Part shown: piece by piece, positions 34,500 to 46,200 of the stretch
Layout of the letters: each line of letters begins with the position of its first letter
Position numbering within the stretch: the first letter of the stretch is position 1
Position numbers and translations under genes: made by a program
The notes under the pieces: model-generated
What the model was told of the DNA's origin: nothing
The model's database searches: none
The model's input: the letters and a program-made list of their open reading frames with translations, nothing else
Source: Acidobacteriota bacterium
GTDB taxonomy: Bacteria > Acidobacteriota > Vicinamibacteria > Vicinamibacterales > JAKQTR01
Assembly: GCA_026393755.1 (NCBI GenBank)
Contig: JAPKZO010000040.1
Coordinates: 231,968-295,967 of the forward strand
DNA: 64,000 nt
Direction of reading: 5' to 3'

Positions 34500-37280
34500 T
34501 CAGAACTCGAACGCCTGGCGGACGAGGAGATTGACTCCCGGGGCATCGACGCCGGACCCCATCGTCCGGTAGTTTCTGTCGAGCAGGTTCTCCACGAGCA
34601 GCGTCAGGTTCGCGCGGCGCGAGAACCGTACTCCGCCGCGGATGTTCAGCGTGACGTAGCCGGGGTTCCGCGTCACGAACGGTACCCGCGCGGTCAGATC
34701 CGGCCCCAGCACGCGCGTCAGCACCTGCGCCAGCGTCTCGCCGGTGGCGAGCAGAATCCCGCCCTGCACGAGATCGCGCGCCACCGCCCCGTTGTTGAAG
34801 AAGTTCGTCACTTCCTGCTGTGTGCGAATACCCCCGATGCGCGCCTGTTCGAGGTCATTGCCGGAAAGGCGCCGCTGCGCATCGGCAAAGTACGAGTAGC
34901 CCTCGACCCAGTAGCGGCGCCCGGGCGGCTCCCACCTGAGCCCGATCATTCCGTGGGTGGGCGGGAGACCGTTCTCGAGACCCGGTGGCAGGCCCGTGGC
35001 CGGGTCGACGCCCGTGATCGACGAAACGTTGCCCGTCAGCGCGAACGCCGAGCCGAGGCGCACCATCAGCGACGCCTCTGCCCCGCGCAATCGGACGCGT
35101 CCGGCGTTGGTTCGCACGAACACGGGCGAATTCGACAGCGACGTGTAGACGGCGCCTGCCGGATCCTGTCGGATGATCGACTGGCCGGCAATCACCTGAC
35201 CGACGGAACCGGCCGGCAGGATGATCATCTGACGCTCGATCAGGCTCGCAATCTCGGAATCGAAGTCCGCGAGCGAACCATTGACATGCAGCCGGTTCAA
35301 CCTCACGCCGGCCTCGTAGTTGAGAAGCCGCTCCGGCTCGAGGGCGCGAACGGGCCTGGCCTGACTGAGCGTGGTCGGCTGGCCTCCCGGCAACGGCGCC
35401 ACGGACGCGCCAAGCCGCACGCCTTCGTCTGGAGACACCTCGAACCCCATGCCCGACACGCCGATGGATCCGAGGTCATTCACATTCGGCGCCCGGAACC
35501 CGCGGCTGACCGTGGCCGTCAACACGATGTCATGGGACAGTGAGAAGGCCAGCCCGGTATTGAATGTGAGGTCGCCGAAACTGGTCCGGTAGTCCGGCAC
35601 AAGCGGCCCACCCGAACCGATCGCGTTGTTCTTGCCGGACTGGCGGTAGCTGAACCGGCTATAGCGGGCCGCCAGCGTCGCGCTGAGCCGATCGGAGAAC
35701 AACGGGAAACAATCCTGGCCGTAGAGGCCGACGGTGCGGTACCTCGCGCCGTTCGGGAAGCGCGCGCGAACCGCGGTCCCATCCGTAAACCCGCCGGTGG
35801 CCTGACTGTAGCCGAAATCCGTCCTGAGCGACGTCACGTATTCGTCGTAGATCTCCCCGCCGACGGCGAGCGAATGGGCCGCGCCGAGCCGGCGGGTTGC
35901 CTGAGCCTGATACCCGAACGCGTTCGTGCGATTGTGCTCGACGGAAACCGGCGAGCGCAGCCCCAGCTTGGCGTTGTTGACGCTCTGATAGGTGCGATCG
36001 TCGCGCTGCCCATTGAAGGAGCCCGCTGCCGACAGCGTGTCGAACCACGGCAGCCTGATGCGATTGTAGCGGACGGTGACCAGATCGAGCGTCTGCGGAT
36101 CGAATCGGTTGACAAGATTGCCGAGGCCGCCGTTCAGTTGGTCGTAGCGGCGGGCGCCGAGTTGCTCACCCCGGATGTACTGCAGCGTCACGGCGTCGTT
36201 GGCGCCGGGACGGATCGAGAGCTTCGAGCGGATCCCGTACCGGGTGAAGGCCGTGTCCTGGAGTCGGTCGCCCAGCACGGCCGACGGCAGCCCCAGCAGG
36301 CGAGTTGCGACCGAGTGCGAGTCGATGCCGCCGCCAGTCCGCAGGTCCTGCGCGCGCCGCGCCGTCGCGTCCATCAGGACGCCCCACTTCAACGACCCGC
36401 CGGCCAGCCGGAAGCTGCCGGCGACCGACCTGTCCGCGCTTTCGAGCGTCAGCGCGAAACCTCCGTCCACGCCGACACCGCCGCGGCCGCCGCCCAAGGG
36501 GCTCGTCAGGACGTTGATGGTGCCACCGAGGGAATCGGATCCGTACTGGGCCCCGTTCGGGCCGCGCACGATCTCGACGCGATCGACGAAGGCGGGATCG
36601 AGCAGGGCGGTGTACTGATTCGCGCCGGGCCGGAACGTGGCGTTGTTGAAGCGGACGCCGTCGACCAGCACTACGACCTGCTGACCCGTGAGGCCCCGGA
36701 TAAACGGCGACCCCTGGCTCGTGCTGGTCTGCTGGACGTAGACACCGGGCTCCCCAATCAGGGCGCGCGTGAATACTGCCATCTCACGGCGGCTCATCTC
36801 TTCGGTGCCCGTGACGGTCACCATCTGGGGTGACGTCTGGACATCCTGCGCGATCCCGCGCAACGCGGTCACCGTGACCGATTCGCTGACCGGCCCGATG
36901 CCCAGCGTGATGTCCAGGGTCACGCCCGCAGCGTCTCGAATCACCACCGAACGGCGGTGTTCGCCGAAGCCGGCCTTCTGCACGGCCAGGACGTAGGTGG
37001 CGGGGTCCAGTCGCTCGAGCCGGAACAACCCGCCGTCGTCGGTGAGGGTCGAGCAGATCTCGGTGTCGTTTGCGGTGAGCAGGATCACGCGAGCCCTTGG
37101 CACCGGCGCGCCGCTGGGGTCGAGAACGACGCCGCTCACACCGCCCGACACCGGGACGCGACCAGTCGAAGGCAGGGCAACTCCCAGCCACACGAGGAGC
37201 GCCAGGAGACCGATCGCAAACCTCGTTCGGAATCCGTTCGGACGGTCCTTCGCAGCATCCTGAAGTGGATCGTTCGTCAT
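34500..37280 (-). CDS. TonB-dependent receptor with N-terminal CarboxypepD_reg-like domain
   Basis: Ig-like VSGVVLDPSGAPVPRARVILL..DGGLFRLERLDPATYVL. Plug FIRGLTGQQVVVLVDGVRFNN. Long barrel ending in ..LVRQAFEF. ATG 37280 preferred over TTG 37286. Confidence 0.9.
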   Translation of the reverse strand: MTNDPLQDAAKDRPNGFRTRFAIGLLALLVWLGVALPSTGRVPVSGGVSGVVLDPSGAPVPRARVILLTANDTEICSTLTDDGGLFRLERLDPATYVLAVQKAGFGEHRRSVVIRDAAGVTLDITLGIGPVSESVTVTALRGIAQDVQTSPQMVTVTGTEEMSRREMAVFTRALIGEPGVYVQQTSTSQGSPFIRGLTGQQVVVLVDGVRFNNATFRPGANQYTALLDPAFVDRVEIVRGPNGAQYGSDSLGGTINVLTSPLGGGRGGVGVDGGFALTLESADRSVAGSFRLAGGSLKWGVLMDATARRAQDLRTGGGIDSHSVATRLLGLPSAVLGDRLQDTAFTRYGIRSKLSIRPGANDAVTLQYIRGEQLGARRYDQLNGGLGNLVNRFDPQTLDLVTVRYNRIRLPWFDTLSAAGSFNGQRDDRTYQSVNNAKLGLRSPVSVEHNRTNAFGYQAQATRRLGAAHSLAVGGEIYDEYVTSLRTDFGYSQATGGFTDGTAVRARFPNGARYRTVGLYGQDCFPLFSDRLSATLAARYSRFSYRQSGKNNAIGSGGPLVPDYRTSFGDLTFNTGLAFSLSHDIVLTATVSRGFRAPNVNDLGSIGVSGMGFEVSPDEGVRLGASVAPLPGGQPTTLSQARPVRALEPERLLNYEAGVRLNRLHVNGSLADFDSEIASLIERQMIILPAGSVGQVIAGQSIIRQDPAGAVYTSLSNSPVFVRTNAGRVRLRGAEASLMVRLGSAFALTGNVSSITGVDPATGLPPGLENGLPPTHGMIGLRWEPPGRRYWVEGYSYFADAQRRLSGNDLEQARIGGIRTQQEVTNFFNNGAVARDLVQGGILLATGETLAQVLTRVLGPDLTARVPFVTRNPGYVTLNIRGGVRFSRRANLTLLVENLLDRNYRTMGSGVDAPGVNLLVRQAFEF

Positions 37281-37407
37281 CGGCAATCTTCCATCGTGGC
37301 CTCACCAAGAGGGGCTTCGGTGCGGAACTCCCACGAACCTGTCGATTGTCGCCTGCAAGATCTTGACGTCGACCGGGCGATCCATCAGCGAGGAAACCCG
37401 TCGAGAA

Positions 37408-39153
37408 CTACTTGTCCATTCGGATCACGGCCGGTCTGGCCGTCCACGTGCCTCCCTTGTCTGAAACCGCCCTGGTCGGGGCGAATGTCTCGCCGAACAC
37501 GTTGTTGCTGCTCACCCACTTGATCTCGACGTCCGGCGTCCCGGGGCGGGCGACGTACGCCTCCGCCATTGCACGGAGGAACTGGGCCGCTGTCAGGCGC
37601 ACGCCTCCGACCATCACGTAGGACGGGACGGTGTTGCGAGGAACCGCCGTCCATTCCCCCGCCGTCAGAGCCGCCCGCACAGTGGCGCACTGCCTGACGA
37701 GCGCGCCCATCGGGATGCGGGCGCCGGTCGCCTGCCGGGCCGGGTCGGCAATCTCGATGGGCCCAAACAGGCGCAACGACTGCGAGTGGGCAGGCCACTC
37801 CGCCGGCGCCGGCGCGTCGCCGAGGGCGGTGACCAGAAGGCCGAAGACATCGGCCAGCGAGAAGTACCGCGTGGCGCCCCGAACAAACGGCGGGAGCTGG
37901 CCCTGCGCGGACTCGATCTGCGCGATCAGAGACGCCGCGACCGCGGTCAGTTCGGCGCGAGTGACAGGATCGGAGAGGCCATACTCGGCCCGGCCACTCA
38001 ACTCGCGGATGGAGACGAAGCGGCTGCCGGCGTTCGCGGGAAAGAACGTCGTCACCAGCCAGTCCAGCACGGCGTCTTCCTGTGCGTACATCGTCTCCCG
38101 TTCCTCCCGGGACCGCATCACCCCTGCCGGCAGGTCGGGAACCTTCACGTTGTCGTAGGCGTACTCCAGCGGCGTCAGGTAGTTGCGGGCGCCGAAGCCG
38201 GGCTTCGCGTAGACGCCCGGATGCCCGAGTCTGATCTGGATGACGTGGGGCCTCGATCGGTCCAATCCGCCGACCAGCTTGTCCAGGGCCTCCGGCCCAT
38301 CGTACGCGTTGAAGACCCGCTCGCCGAGTGCCCCGTAATCGGAGACGCGCAACGCGGTGTCGAGAAAAAACACCTCGGGGGCACAGCGCTCGTCGGCCGC
38401 AAGCATGTTGCTCACGATGGGCACGCCGCCGCGGTAGCCATCGAGATGGCGCGCCGGATACGCGGTTGTTTCGAGGAACCCGGCGAGAGCCGGCCGCGAA
38501 CCCAATGCCTCCAGCGCGTGTACCATCTCCCCCGCGTGCCAGGGCTCGAATGTGGCGCCGCGCGCGAAATCTACCCGACCGAACACCTCCAGGACCCGTT
38601 TGAACCCGCCCGTCCGGGATGGATCCGGTTCGCCGCTGTACGGGTGCTTCCACTCGGTCAGGAACCACTGCGTCGCCTCAAGCCGAGCCAGGTATCGCTT
38701 CTCGGGGGTATCGGCTCCCCGGAGGTTGGGCCGCGGTCTGGCCGCGAGGGCGGGTTCCTCCGTGCCGTCGTAGCCGACCTCGACCAGACCTCGCCGGGCG
38801 CCGTCGTTGATCGCGTCGACCAGGTGCGTCCCGTCGTTCTGGTCGGCAAGACGGTCGGCTGCCACGCCGGTGAACTGCACGAGGCAGGTGGGATGAAACG
38901 CGCCAGCACGCGCCTGGAGTCTATCAATCTGCCCAAGCGCCCGGGGCAGCCGCTCCATGCTGACCGGCACGTTCAGCACGTCGTCCACCGTGGTCTGCAG
39001 CATGACGTAGATGGGCGCTTTCGCCGCCACGACAGGCTGCGTGGGCGAAGGCGACGGCTCCTGCCGGGCCTGCTGCGCACGAAGCGTGATCGCCACGATG
39101 AGCACCAAGACCGCAGCAAGGAACCCGAAACCCGAGGCGAGGCGAGAGTGCAT
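37408..39153 (-). CDS. hypothetical exported protein (no family recognised)
   Basis: About 581 aa with signal anchor LASGFGFLAAVLVLIVAITLRAQQ. ATG 39153 has GAGG 5 nt upstream. Strong G/C third-position bias. 121 nt upstream of the TBDR on the same strand. Confidence 0.7.
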   Translation of the reverse strand: MHSRLASGFGFLAAVLVLIVAITLRAQQARQEPSPSPTQPVVAAKAPIYVMLQTTVDDVLNVPVSMERLPRALGQIDRLQARAGAFHPTCLVQFTGVAADRLADQNDGTHLVDAINDGARRGLVEVGYDGTEEPALAARPRPNLRGADTPEKRYLARLEATQWFLTEWKHPYSGEPDPSRTGGFKRVLEVFGRVDFARGATFEPWHAGEMVHALEALGSRPALAGFLETTAYPARHLDGYRGGVPIVSNMLAADERCAPEVFFLDTALRVSDYGALGERVFNAYDGPEALDKLVGGLDRSRPHVIQIRLGHPGVYAKPGFGARNYLTPLEYAYDNVKVPDLPAGVMRSREERETMYAQEDAVLDWLVTTFFPANAGSRFVSIRELSGRAEYGLSDPVTRAELTAVAASLIAQIESAQGQLPPFVRGATRYFSLADVFGLLVTALGDAPAPAEWPAHSQSLRLFGPIEIADPARQATGARIPMGALVRQCATVRAALTAGEWTAVPRNTVPSYVMVGGVRLTAAQFLRAMAEAYVARPGTPDVEIKWVSSNNVFGETFAPTRAVSDKGGTWTARPAVIRMDK

Positions 39154-39212
39154 GCGCACCTCTGAAACGATGCGAGTCTGAAACCGTCAGGACGCCCCAC
39201 GCTCCTGGCCCG

Positions 39213-39260
39213 AAAAAGCACTGGCCGAACCCTGAAACGTGTTCCTGGTCCGGCCAGTGC
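39213..39260 (-). terminator. intrinsic terminator after the PKD/toroid gene
   Basis: On the minus strand GCACTGGCCG..(23 nt)..CGGCCAGTGC is followed directly by TTTTT. Lies 36 nt downstream of the stop at 39296. Confidence 0.55.
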
Positions 39261-39295
39261 CGCGTCACAAACCGCCGCCGACCGATCGCGAAGCT

Positions 39296-41851
39296 CTAGC
39301 GGCCGGCGATCCTTGCCGTCACCTGGTTCGACTGACAGGTCTCTTCCAGGCTGGCGGTCAGCGGTCGCACCACCCAGTAGTACGTAGCGCCTACTGTGAG
39401 GCCTTGATCGATGTACAGCCGCTGCGTGCCCAGGACCTGGGCAATCCTCACGTATGGACCTCCATTAATGGTGCCGCGGTAGATCGCATACCCTGCCGCT
39501 GCCACGTCCGTCCAGTTGAGCTGGACCTGCCTGCCTGCGGCCCGAGCCGTGAGGACGGTGCAGCCCGCGCACTTGGGATCGTTTGCCGCCAGCACGTTGA
39601 CCTGGCCGGAGTCGGTCCCGAACAGGTCGGCGTGCCCGGGGAACGACACGCTGGTCCTGTCGGTCACCTTCAAGCGGATCAGGTAGCTGCCGACAGCCTT
39701 CGCCGCGAAGTAGGAGGTCACATCGGGAATCTTGGTGTTCGGGATTTCGCTGTAGACCCCGTCGTTGTTGAGATCCCACGCCCACGACACGATCGTGTCG
39801 CCAAGACAGCCAGGACAGGTCGGGTCCTTCGCGCCCTCGTCCGGGTTGACGGACTTGGAGCCGTCAAGGAACCAAGGGGTCTTGGCCGGGCAGAAGTTGT
39901 ACGGACCGCCGGCGTCGGCCGTCGGTGCGAGAGGCGGAATCGAGACCTCTACCGTCAGGATTGTGGTGGCCGTGGTGCCCAGGCCGAAGTTGTCCGTCAC
40001 CCGCAGCTTTATCTGCACGTTGGTCTGAGAACTCGGCGCGGTCCACAGTACGACGGGTCCGGTCAGATCGTAGGTGCCATCATTCCCGATGTCCCATTCC
40101 CACTTCACGATGCTCTTGGTGGGATCCTGGTGGAACGAGGCCGTCCCATCGAGAGTCACCTGGCCGCCGGTCACCGCGGGGTTCGGGATCGCCTTGGCCA
40201 CAGCCACCGGGGCGCCCGACTCGGTCACGGTCCGGTTGAGCATCTGGATCGCCCAGGATGTGTGGAAGTACTGTTGCTCTCCAGACCCGACGGCATAGCC
40301 CCACCAATAGCCGTCGGCCGCCTGACGGTTGACGAGCACTCGAGCGACACCGTCGCCCGCAGCGCCCTTGCTCATTTCGGCGGCGTACCAATCCAGATCA
40401 CCGCCGAGGAGCGTAATCGGTTCCTTCAGGGCAGTGGCCCCGTTGACGTGAAGCAGCATGGCCTTTACGAAGGCATACAGGCCATAGTAGTAATCCCTGA
40501 GGCCGCCGCCTGCACCGGTAAAGTTGTCGTGGATGTACTTCTCGGTCTTGTCCCACATGTGCAGCGGGTCACTGCTGCCGCGGCCCATCCGATCAAGGGC
40601 GAGTTGAACCAGTCCCGACGTCGTCGTGGCCCAGACCGACCAGGGGTTGTAGCCGGGCGAGTAGAGGAAGTAGCCGTAGATGCCGCCCGTGCCTGTCGTG
40701 TAGAAGGTCGTGGGCAGCCAGTACGGATTCGCCTGCCTGACTTCCTCCGGGATCTGGATTCCAGGGTCCGTCACGTAGCCGTACATCCCGTTGTACTGTC
40801 CCTTCCCGAAGCCTTCGGCGCCGAGAAGGACGATGGCTCCCCACTGAGCGGTGGAGTTGTCCGCCGAGCCCTGTTCCGAGTTGTAGTGCCACGCCCCGAA
40901 TCCACCCGTGTTGTTGCTGTTCTGGGCCTGGACGAACCAGTCGACCAGGTCCTGGAGAATGGCGCGGTACGTCCGACCCGTGACGTTCGCGTTGCCGGTG
41001 TCGGCAACGGCCGTGGGTGTTCCGCTCGCGGCCAGCGCGGAGGCGAACATGCCCGCCTCGTACATGTTGTTGACGACGGTGAGGGACAGAGCGTTCTTCG
41101 ACGGATCCAAGGCCGGGCAGCTCGTGCAGTCTGCGTTGATCGTACCCAAGCCGTGGTAGTACGTCTTGGACGCCGGGACGCCCCAGGCCGGGTCGATCAA
41201 CTCGAAGTACCGCCGCATCGCCCGTTGAACCGTCTCGGTGTACGGGTTCGACGCGCTGCCATCGACGCGGTGGCCGTTGACGAAGAACGCAGCCACGTTG
41301 GCGCCCTGCAGGCTCTCATATCCTGCGCAGGCGTACCCGCCGCACCCGCTCACCCAACTGCCGTAGTCCTTGCCGCCCCCCGAGTATCGGTAGAGCGTCT
41401 TATGGAGGTACCACAGCGCCTGATCGATGGCGATGTTGGCCTCAACGTCCAGGCTCCTGGCTCTCATCTGGATCAGGTAGGTAGCGGAACCGGATTCTGC
41501 GGTGTCCGCATTGGTGACCGTCAGGGTCGCCGCGAAGATGTCCCCCGGCGAGCCGGCATACACGTGCGTGGCCTCGAGGGCGTACATGTTGCCGCTGCTG
41601 ACCGTGCCGGTCGCATCAGGGGCGCCGTCACCGAAAGACCAACGGTAGGTGATGGTGGCACCGAAGGTGTCGGACGTGCCTTTCAGCGTGATCGCCTTGC
41701 CAGCATAGGTGTCGTGGGCGATCAGCGGGTTGGTGGCAACCCAGGGCACCGCCTTGACGACGGGTGGCGCAGCCATTGCGACAGTCGGCACGAGAAACGC
41801 CGCAACAATGGCGAGCGCTGAGACTAGCCTCCAGGGGATTCTCTTGAACAT
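39296..41851 (-). CDS. secreted PKD-domain protein with central alpha/alpha-toroid (prenyltransferase/terpene-cyclase-like) region and C-terminal FN3-like domain
   Basis: Start ATG 41851 (MFKRIPWRLVSALAIVAAFLVPTVAMA). PKD-like units (ITYRWSFGDG; IVKWEWDIGNDGTYD; SWAWDLNNDGVY). The central ~400 aa are rich in W/Y/G repeats (QALWYLHK, AQWGAIVLLGAEG, TSWAIQML). Tail LNWTDVAAAGYAIYRG. The toroid assignment is tentative. Confidence 0.75.
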   Translation of the reverse strand: MFKRIPWRLVSALAIVAAFLVPTVAMAAPPVVKAVPWVATNPLIAHDTYAGKAITLKGTSDTFGATITYRWSFGDGAPDATGTVSSGNMYALEATHVYAGSPGDIFAATLTVTNADTAESGSATYLIQMRARSLDVEANIAIDQALWYLHKTLYRYSGGGKDYGSWVSGCGGYACAGYESLQGANVAAFFVNGHRVDGSASNPYTETVQRAMRRYFELIDPAWGVPASKTYYHGLGTINADCTSCPALDPSKNALSLTVVNNMYEAGMFASALAASGTPTAVADTGNANVTGRTYRAILQDLVDWFVQAQNSNNTGGFGAWHYNSEQGSADNSTAQWGAIVLLGAEGFGKGQYNGMYGYVTDPGIQIPEEVRQANPYWLPTTFYTTGTGGIYGYFLYSPGYNPWSVWATTTSGLVQLALDRMGRGSSDPLHMWDKTEKYIHDNFTGAGGGLRDYYYGLYAFVKAMLLHVNGATALKEPITLLGGDLDWYAAEMSKGAAGDGVARVLVNRQAADGYWWGYAVGSGEQQYFHTSWAIQMLNRTVTESGAPVAVAKAIPNPAVTGGQVTLDGTASFHQDPTKSIVKWEWDIGNDGTYDLTGPVVLWTAPSSQTNVQIKLRVTDNFGLGTTATTILTVEVSIPPLAPTADAGGPYNFCPAKTPWFLDGSKSVNPDEGAKDPTCPGCLGDTIVSWAWDLNNDGVYSEIPNTKIPDVTSYFAAKAVGSYLIRLKVTDRTSVSFPGHADLFGTDSGQVNVLAANDPKCAGCTVLTARAAGRQVQLNWTDVAAAGYAIYRGTINGGPYVRIAQVLGTQRLYIDQGLTVGATYYWVVRPLTASLEETCQSNQVTARIAGR

Positions 41852-41897
41852 GCCCAACTCCTTCACGTCGCTCCGGGGGCCTTCTGACACACGAAGG

Positions 41898-41922
41898 CCG
41901 GCCGGGCGGCATGCCCGGCCGG
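41898..41922. other. GC hairpin CCGGCCGGGC-GGCAT-GCCCGGCCGG between the PEP-CTERM and PKD genes
   Basis: 10-bp perfect stem. Shares the central GGCATGCC with the type-B repeats. Lies 47 nt upstream of the PKD gene start. Confidence 0.5.
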
Positions 41923-42092
41923 TACCGAACCGGAAGACAGCATCAATGCACGGACTGCTGGCTCCAGAGCAGAGGCATCACACTTCACGCCAACAAACTA
42001 CAGACAGAGTCATGGCCGGTTCAGACGGCCGATACGCGCAACGGTGCGCGGCTCACGACCCGTCATCACACGCCCCGACAGAAAGTACGTCG

Positions 42093-42815
42093 CTAGGCTC
42101 GACGGCGCAGCCGCCGCGCGACCGCCGCCACGCCGAGACCGACCAGCGTAAGTGTGCCAGGCTCGGGAACCGGGTTCACACCGTCATCTTGCGTGGTTCC
42201 GGAGAAGTAGAGCGACTGCGCCGACAGCGGATCAACTTGCCGGAGGATGTAACCTGACACCGGCGCCACCGACGACACGGTGAAGATCACCTTCCTGGCC
42301 GGGTCCCCATCGTTGAGTGTGAAGGCGTAGCCGTATGCCACCGAGACGTCATGCCCCGGGGTATTCCAGGCCCAGTTGTCAAACGGATTGGAGGCATCAA
42401 ATGCAAGGAACTGGTCATAGATTGGCGGATCGACGGCCGACGGCCCATACGGATCGTCGCTCTTCCCGCTCCACCCGGCGGGCAGGGAGCCCCAATATGC
42501 CTCTTCGTCGAGGAACCCGTTGTTGTTCGGTTCGTCCGTGATCTGGTAGTCGAAGAACCCGGCCACGTAGTGGGTTCCCGGGGCGCTGAATGTAAACGTG
42601 ACGCTGCCTAGCCCCGTTGACATGTTGAAGGCCGAGAAGTCGGCTCCAGCGGGAAACGGAGGCCAGGTCGCCGGCGACGGATCGGTGTAGTACACGGCAC
42701 CGTCAATCGACGACTTGAAGCCCAACTCGGCCCAGGAGATGGTAGCGGCCTGGGTCACCGGAGCGGCGAAACCGAGAGCCGCCAGCAACACAACCAGGAT
42801 GACGAGTTTTCTCAT
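42093..42815 (-). CDS. PEP-CTERM sorting domain-containing secreted protein
   Basis: Signal peptide MRKLVILVVLLAALGFAAPVTQA. C-terminal VPEPGTLTLVGLGVAAVARRLRRRA is a PEP motif followed by a TM helix and a basic tail. Confidence 0.9.
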   Translation of the reverse strand: MRKLVILVVLLAALGFAAPVTQAATISWAELGFKSSIDGAVYYTDPSPATWPPFPAGADFSAFNMSTGLGSVTFTFSAPGTHYVAGFFDYQITDEPNNNGFLDEEAYWGSLPAGWSGKSDDPYGPSAVDPPIYDQFLAFDASNPFDNWAWNTPGHDVSVAYGYAFTLNDGDPARKVIFTVSSVAPVSGYILRQVDPLSAQSLYFSGTTQDDGVNPVPEPGTLTLVGLGVAAVARRLRRRA

Positions 42816-43204
42816 ACGAAACCCCCGTTATCGAGAAGAACTTGAGCAGATGGATGGACCGGCCAGCCCGTGCGAGGCGGCTGAAGCGGGTCGCCCGCAG
42901 TATGCCTCGGCGGGCGCTGTGACGCGGCTGTCTTCGCCCTCGTACTCATCGCTCCTTCAGTCGAGGCCATGAACTACTCGGGGACACGGGTACACAAATT
43001 CGCAAGTGACTGTGCAAAAAACGGTCCGCACAACCGAGAATCTCGTCTCTTGCTAAGTAGCTACTAGTGAATGAGTTATGAACTGCATGTCGCTCGAACG
43101 AGGAGTCAGTCTGCCACCGAGGAGACTATTGTCTCCATCGTCGCGCAAGGGACGGACATGTTCGACACTGACTGCGCGATTGGAAGAAGGAGCCGGAGGG
43201 ACCT

Positions 43205-46200
43205 CTAGAAGTCCACCCGCACCACCAACTGAGCCTGCCTCGGCGCCTTCGCCGAGAAAATGCGGCCGAAGGTGGCCGCCTCGTCGACATAATGCTCGGG
43301 CTGGTCGTAGTTCACCCGATTGAACAGGTTGAACACCTGCGCCTCGATCCACACTCGGCGATTCGCACCCAGTCGAATGCGGCGCGCGAGCGCCAGATCT
43401 ACCGACGAATAGCCGGGGCCCCGGAGGATGTTGCGCCCGGCGTCGCCGAAGGTGTAAGGCGCGGGCACCGCGAATGCGGCGGTATTGAACCACGCCGCTG
43501 CGCTCGGGCTGGAGATCGACGGACTGCCCACCAGGTCGGGGTGATCCGCGCCGCTTTGCTGCCCGGTGTTGCCCGTGTTGCTGTTGTCGAAACGCAGCAG
43601 CGGCGTCAAGGGCTGCCCCGACTGCACGGTCACGATGCCGCGCAGCTCCGTGTCGCGCGTCAGCGCATTCCCGGCCGGAAGCTGGTAGATGAACGATGCC
43701 CCGAAGCGGTGGCGGATGTCGAAATTCGACGGTCCCCACTGTGCCGCCACGTTCTGGCTGTCCTGTGGGAAATTCGGGTCCCCGCTCGTGCCCAGGAACG
43801 ACGAGCCGTCGTCCATCGACTTCGAAAGCGTGTAGATCGCCGACACCGAAACGCCGCGCACCAGCGGATGGTTCAGGGTGAGCTGCAGCGAGTTGAATGT
43901 CGAATGGCCGGCGCTCTCGACGAAGAAGATGCTGCCGTACTCCGGATAGGGCCGCCGGTCCTGCACGTCACCCGGGCCGGGCCGCGGCTGATTGAGGTCG
44001 CGCGGGCGGATCAGACTGGTCCCCTTGGATCCCGCGTAACTGACGGTCAGGGTCCCAACCGGCCCAACCTGCTGCTGCAGGCTCAGGTTCCAGTGCTGCA
44101 TCGACGAGGTGACCAGATCAGGGCTCAGCGTACTCAGCGATGCAGGCGGTGCAAACCCGCCGTTGGACGGGAACGGGTCGGCGAGCGTCAGCAGCGAGAA
44201 CTGCGTTGGAAAGAACACTCTGAGCGTGAATTGCGGCGGGTTGAAATACTGGGCCGAGTTCACCTCGAACATGCTCGCGTCGTAGTAGAGTCCGTAGCCG
44301 GCTCGCACCGCCAGCCCCGGGCGAGGGCGCCACGCCAGCCCGACCCGCGGCGCGATATTGTTGCGATCCGGCTGCATGCCGGCGGCCGGCATCCCCTGCG
44401 TGCCGACAGGCACCACCGTGCCGGTGGCGGCATCGAAGCTCGACATGTGGTTCGTCGGGTCGACAGCCGGCGTGTTGTACTCGTACCGCACGCCGAGGTT
44501 GATCGTGATATTCGGGCCGACCTTCCAGTCGTCCTGCGCGTAGATGTTGTAGGCGGTGGTGCGGAGCCGTAGCGTGTTGTCGGATTTCGACTGGAGGCCG
44601 AACGACGGATACCCAAGCAGCAGGTCGCTGATGCCGCTGCCCGAGATGAATCCGGAGAACGACAGGGACCCGCGAGCGAGAATGTCGAGATTGCCGTCGA
44701 GACGCTGGTGCCGGATCTCCCCGCCGAACCGCCAGAGGTGCTGCCCGCGGTCCAGTGTGACGGCCTGCGCGAACTGATACGTGGTGGTCTTCCGTTGGAT
44801 GGGGAGATTCGTGGAATCGCCGATCTTGGAGAACCCGGCAACCGTCATGCTGGGGTACCCGAAGTCACGCCCGGAAACCTGTAGCCAGTCGACGCCCCAC
44901 AACTTCCCGACGTCGGTCCCGCGGTTCTCGGGGAGGATGTCGCGGGCATAGCTGTTGAAACCGCCCAGGGTGGTGCTGATCGCGCGGCCGCCCAGCACGC
45001 GCTGGTACTGCATCATGGCGTTGTGCGCGGGGTCCCGGTAGGAGTTGCCGAAGCCGGGAACGGTTTCCGTGTCCTCGCCGTACGGGTCAATCGCGTCGAC
45101 CAGGCCGTGGTTGTAGCGCACGGTCAACTGAGCCGAGTCAGAGAGGCGATGATCAATCCGCACGGCGGCCTGATTCTGGCTCTCGCGAAGGGGTGCGTCG
45201 TACAGGTAGTTCCCGGCCAGCCCGGGCCGGTTGGCGTGCGGAAACAGATCGAGCACCTTGAGCGCAATCGGATCGATGCGGTTGACCGGCAGGATGTTGC
45301 CGTCGAACGGTTGCTGCGTGAACGGATCGATCACCGCCGACGGGAGTTCCGACAGGTTGCCGCTTCGCTGCAGGTCGGTCGGGACCGTCGACAGGCGCGT
45401 CACAGAGCGCCGCTCGCGCAGTAAGTCAAGGCTCGCAAAGGCGAACGTGCGATTGCGGAGCAGCGGGCCGCCGAGGCTCGCGCCAAACTGGTTTCGGTTG
45501 AACGGAGGTTTCACGCCCGGCTCGTCAAACGCGTCGCGGGCGTTCAAGACTTGATTGCGGAAGTACTCGTAGATCGCGAGTTCGAAGCGGTTGCTGCCGC
45601 TCTTCGTAATCACGTTCACCTGGCCGGCGGCACTGCGCCCGTATTCGGCGCTGTAGCTGTTGGTGGCGATCTTGAATTCCTGGATACTGTCAACTGGAGG
45701 CTGCACGACGTAGCGGTTGACGTACGGGTCGTTGTTGTCGACGCCGTCCAGCAGGAAGTTGTTGTACTCCTCCCGGCCGCCGTTGGCGTGCATCGCAAAC
45801 GACCCGCGCGACGACAGCTCCGAGCCCTGAGCCGCCGGATTGACACCCGGCGTGAGCATCGCCAGCTGCAGGAAATCCCTCCGATTCAACGGCAGTGACT
45901 CGATGCGCCGCTGGTCGATGATCGTGCCGAGATCGGCAGACTCGATCTGGACTGACGCGAGCGGCGCCGTCACCTCGACGGCCTGCACGACGCCCGCCAC
46001 GGGCAGATAGAAGTCGAGTCGCTGTTGACTGTCGACTGCCACCGTGACCTGCTCGCGCTGCACCCGCTCGAATCCCGGGGCGACCGCGGAGATGTCGTAG
46101 AGGGCCGGAGCCAGATCCGCGAAACGGTAGCGCCCGGTCCCATCGCTCACTGTCGTGCGATTCACCGCGCGGAGACCGTCGGACGCGACCATCGTCGCGC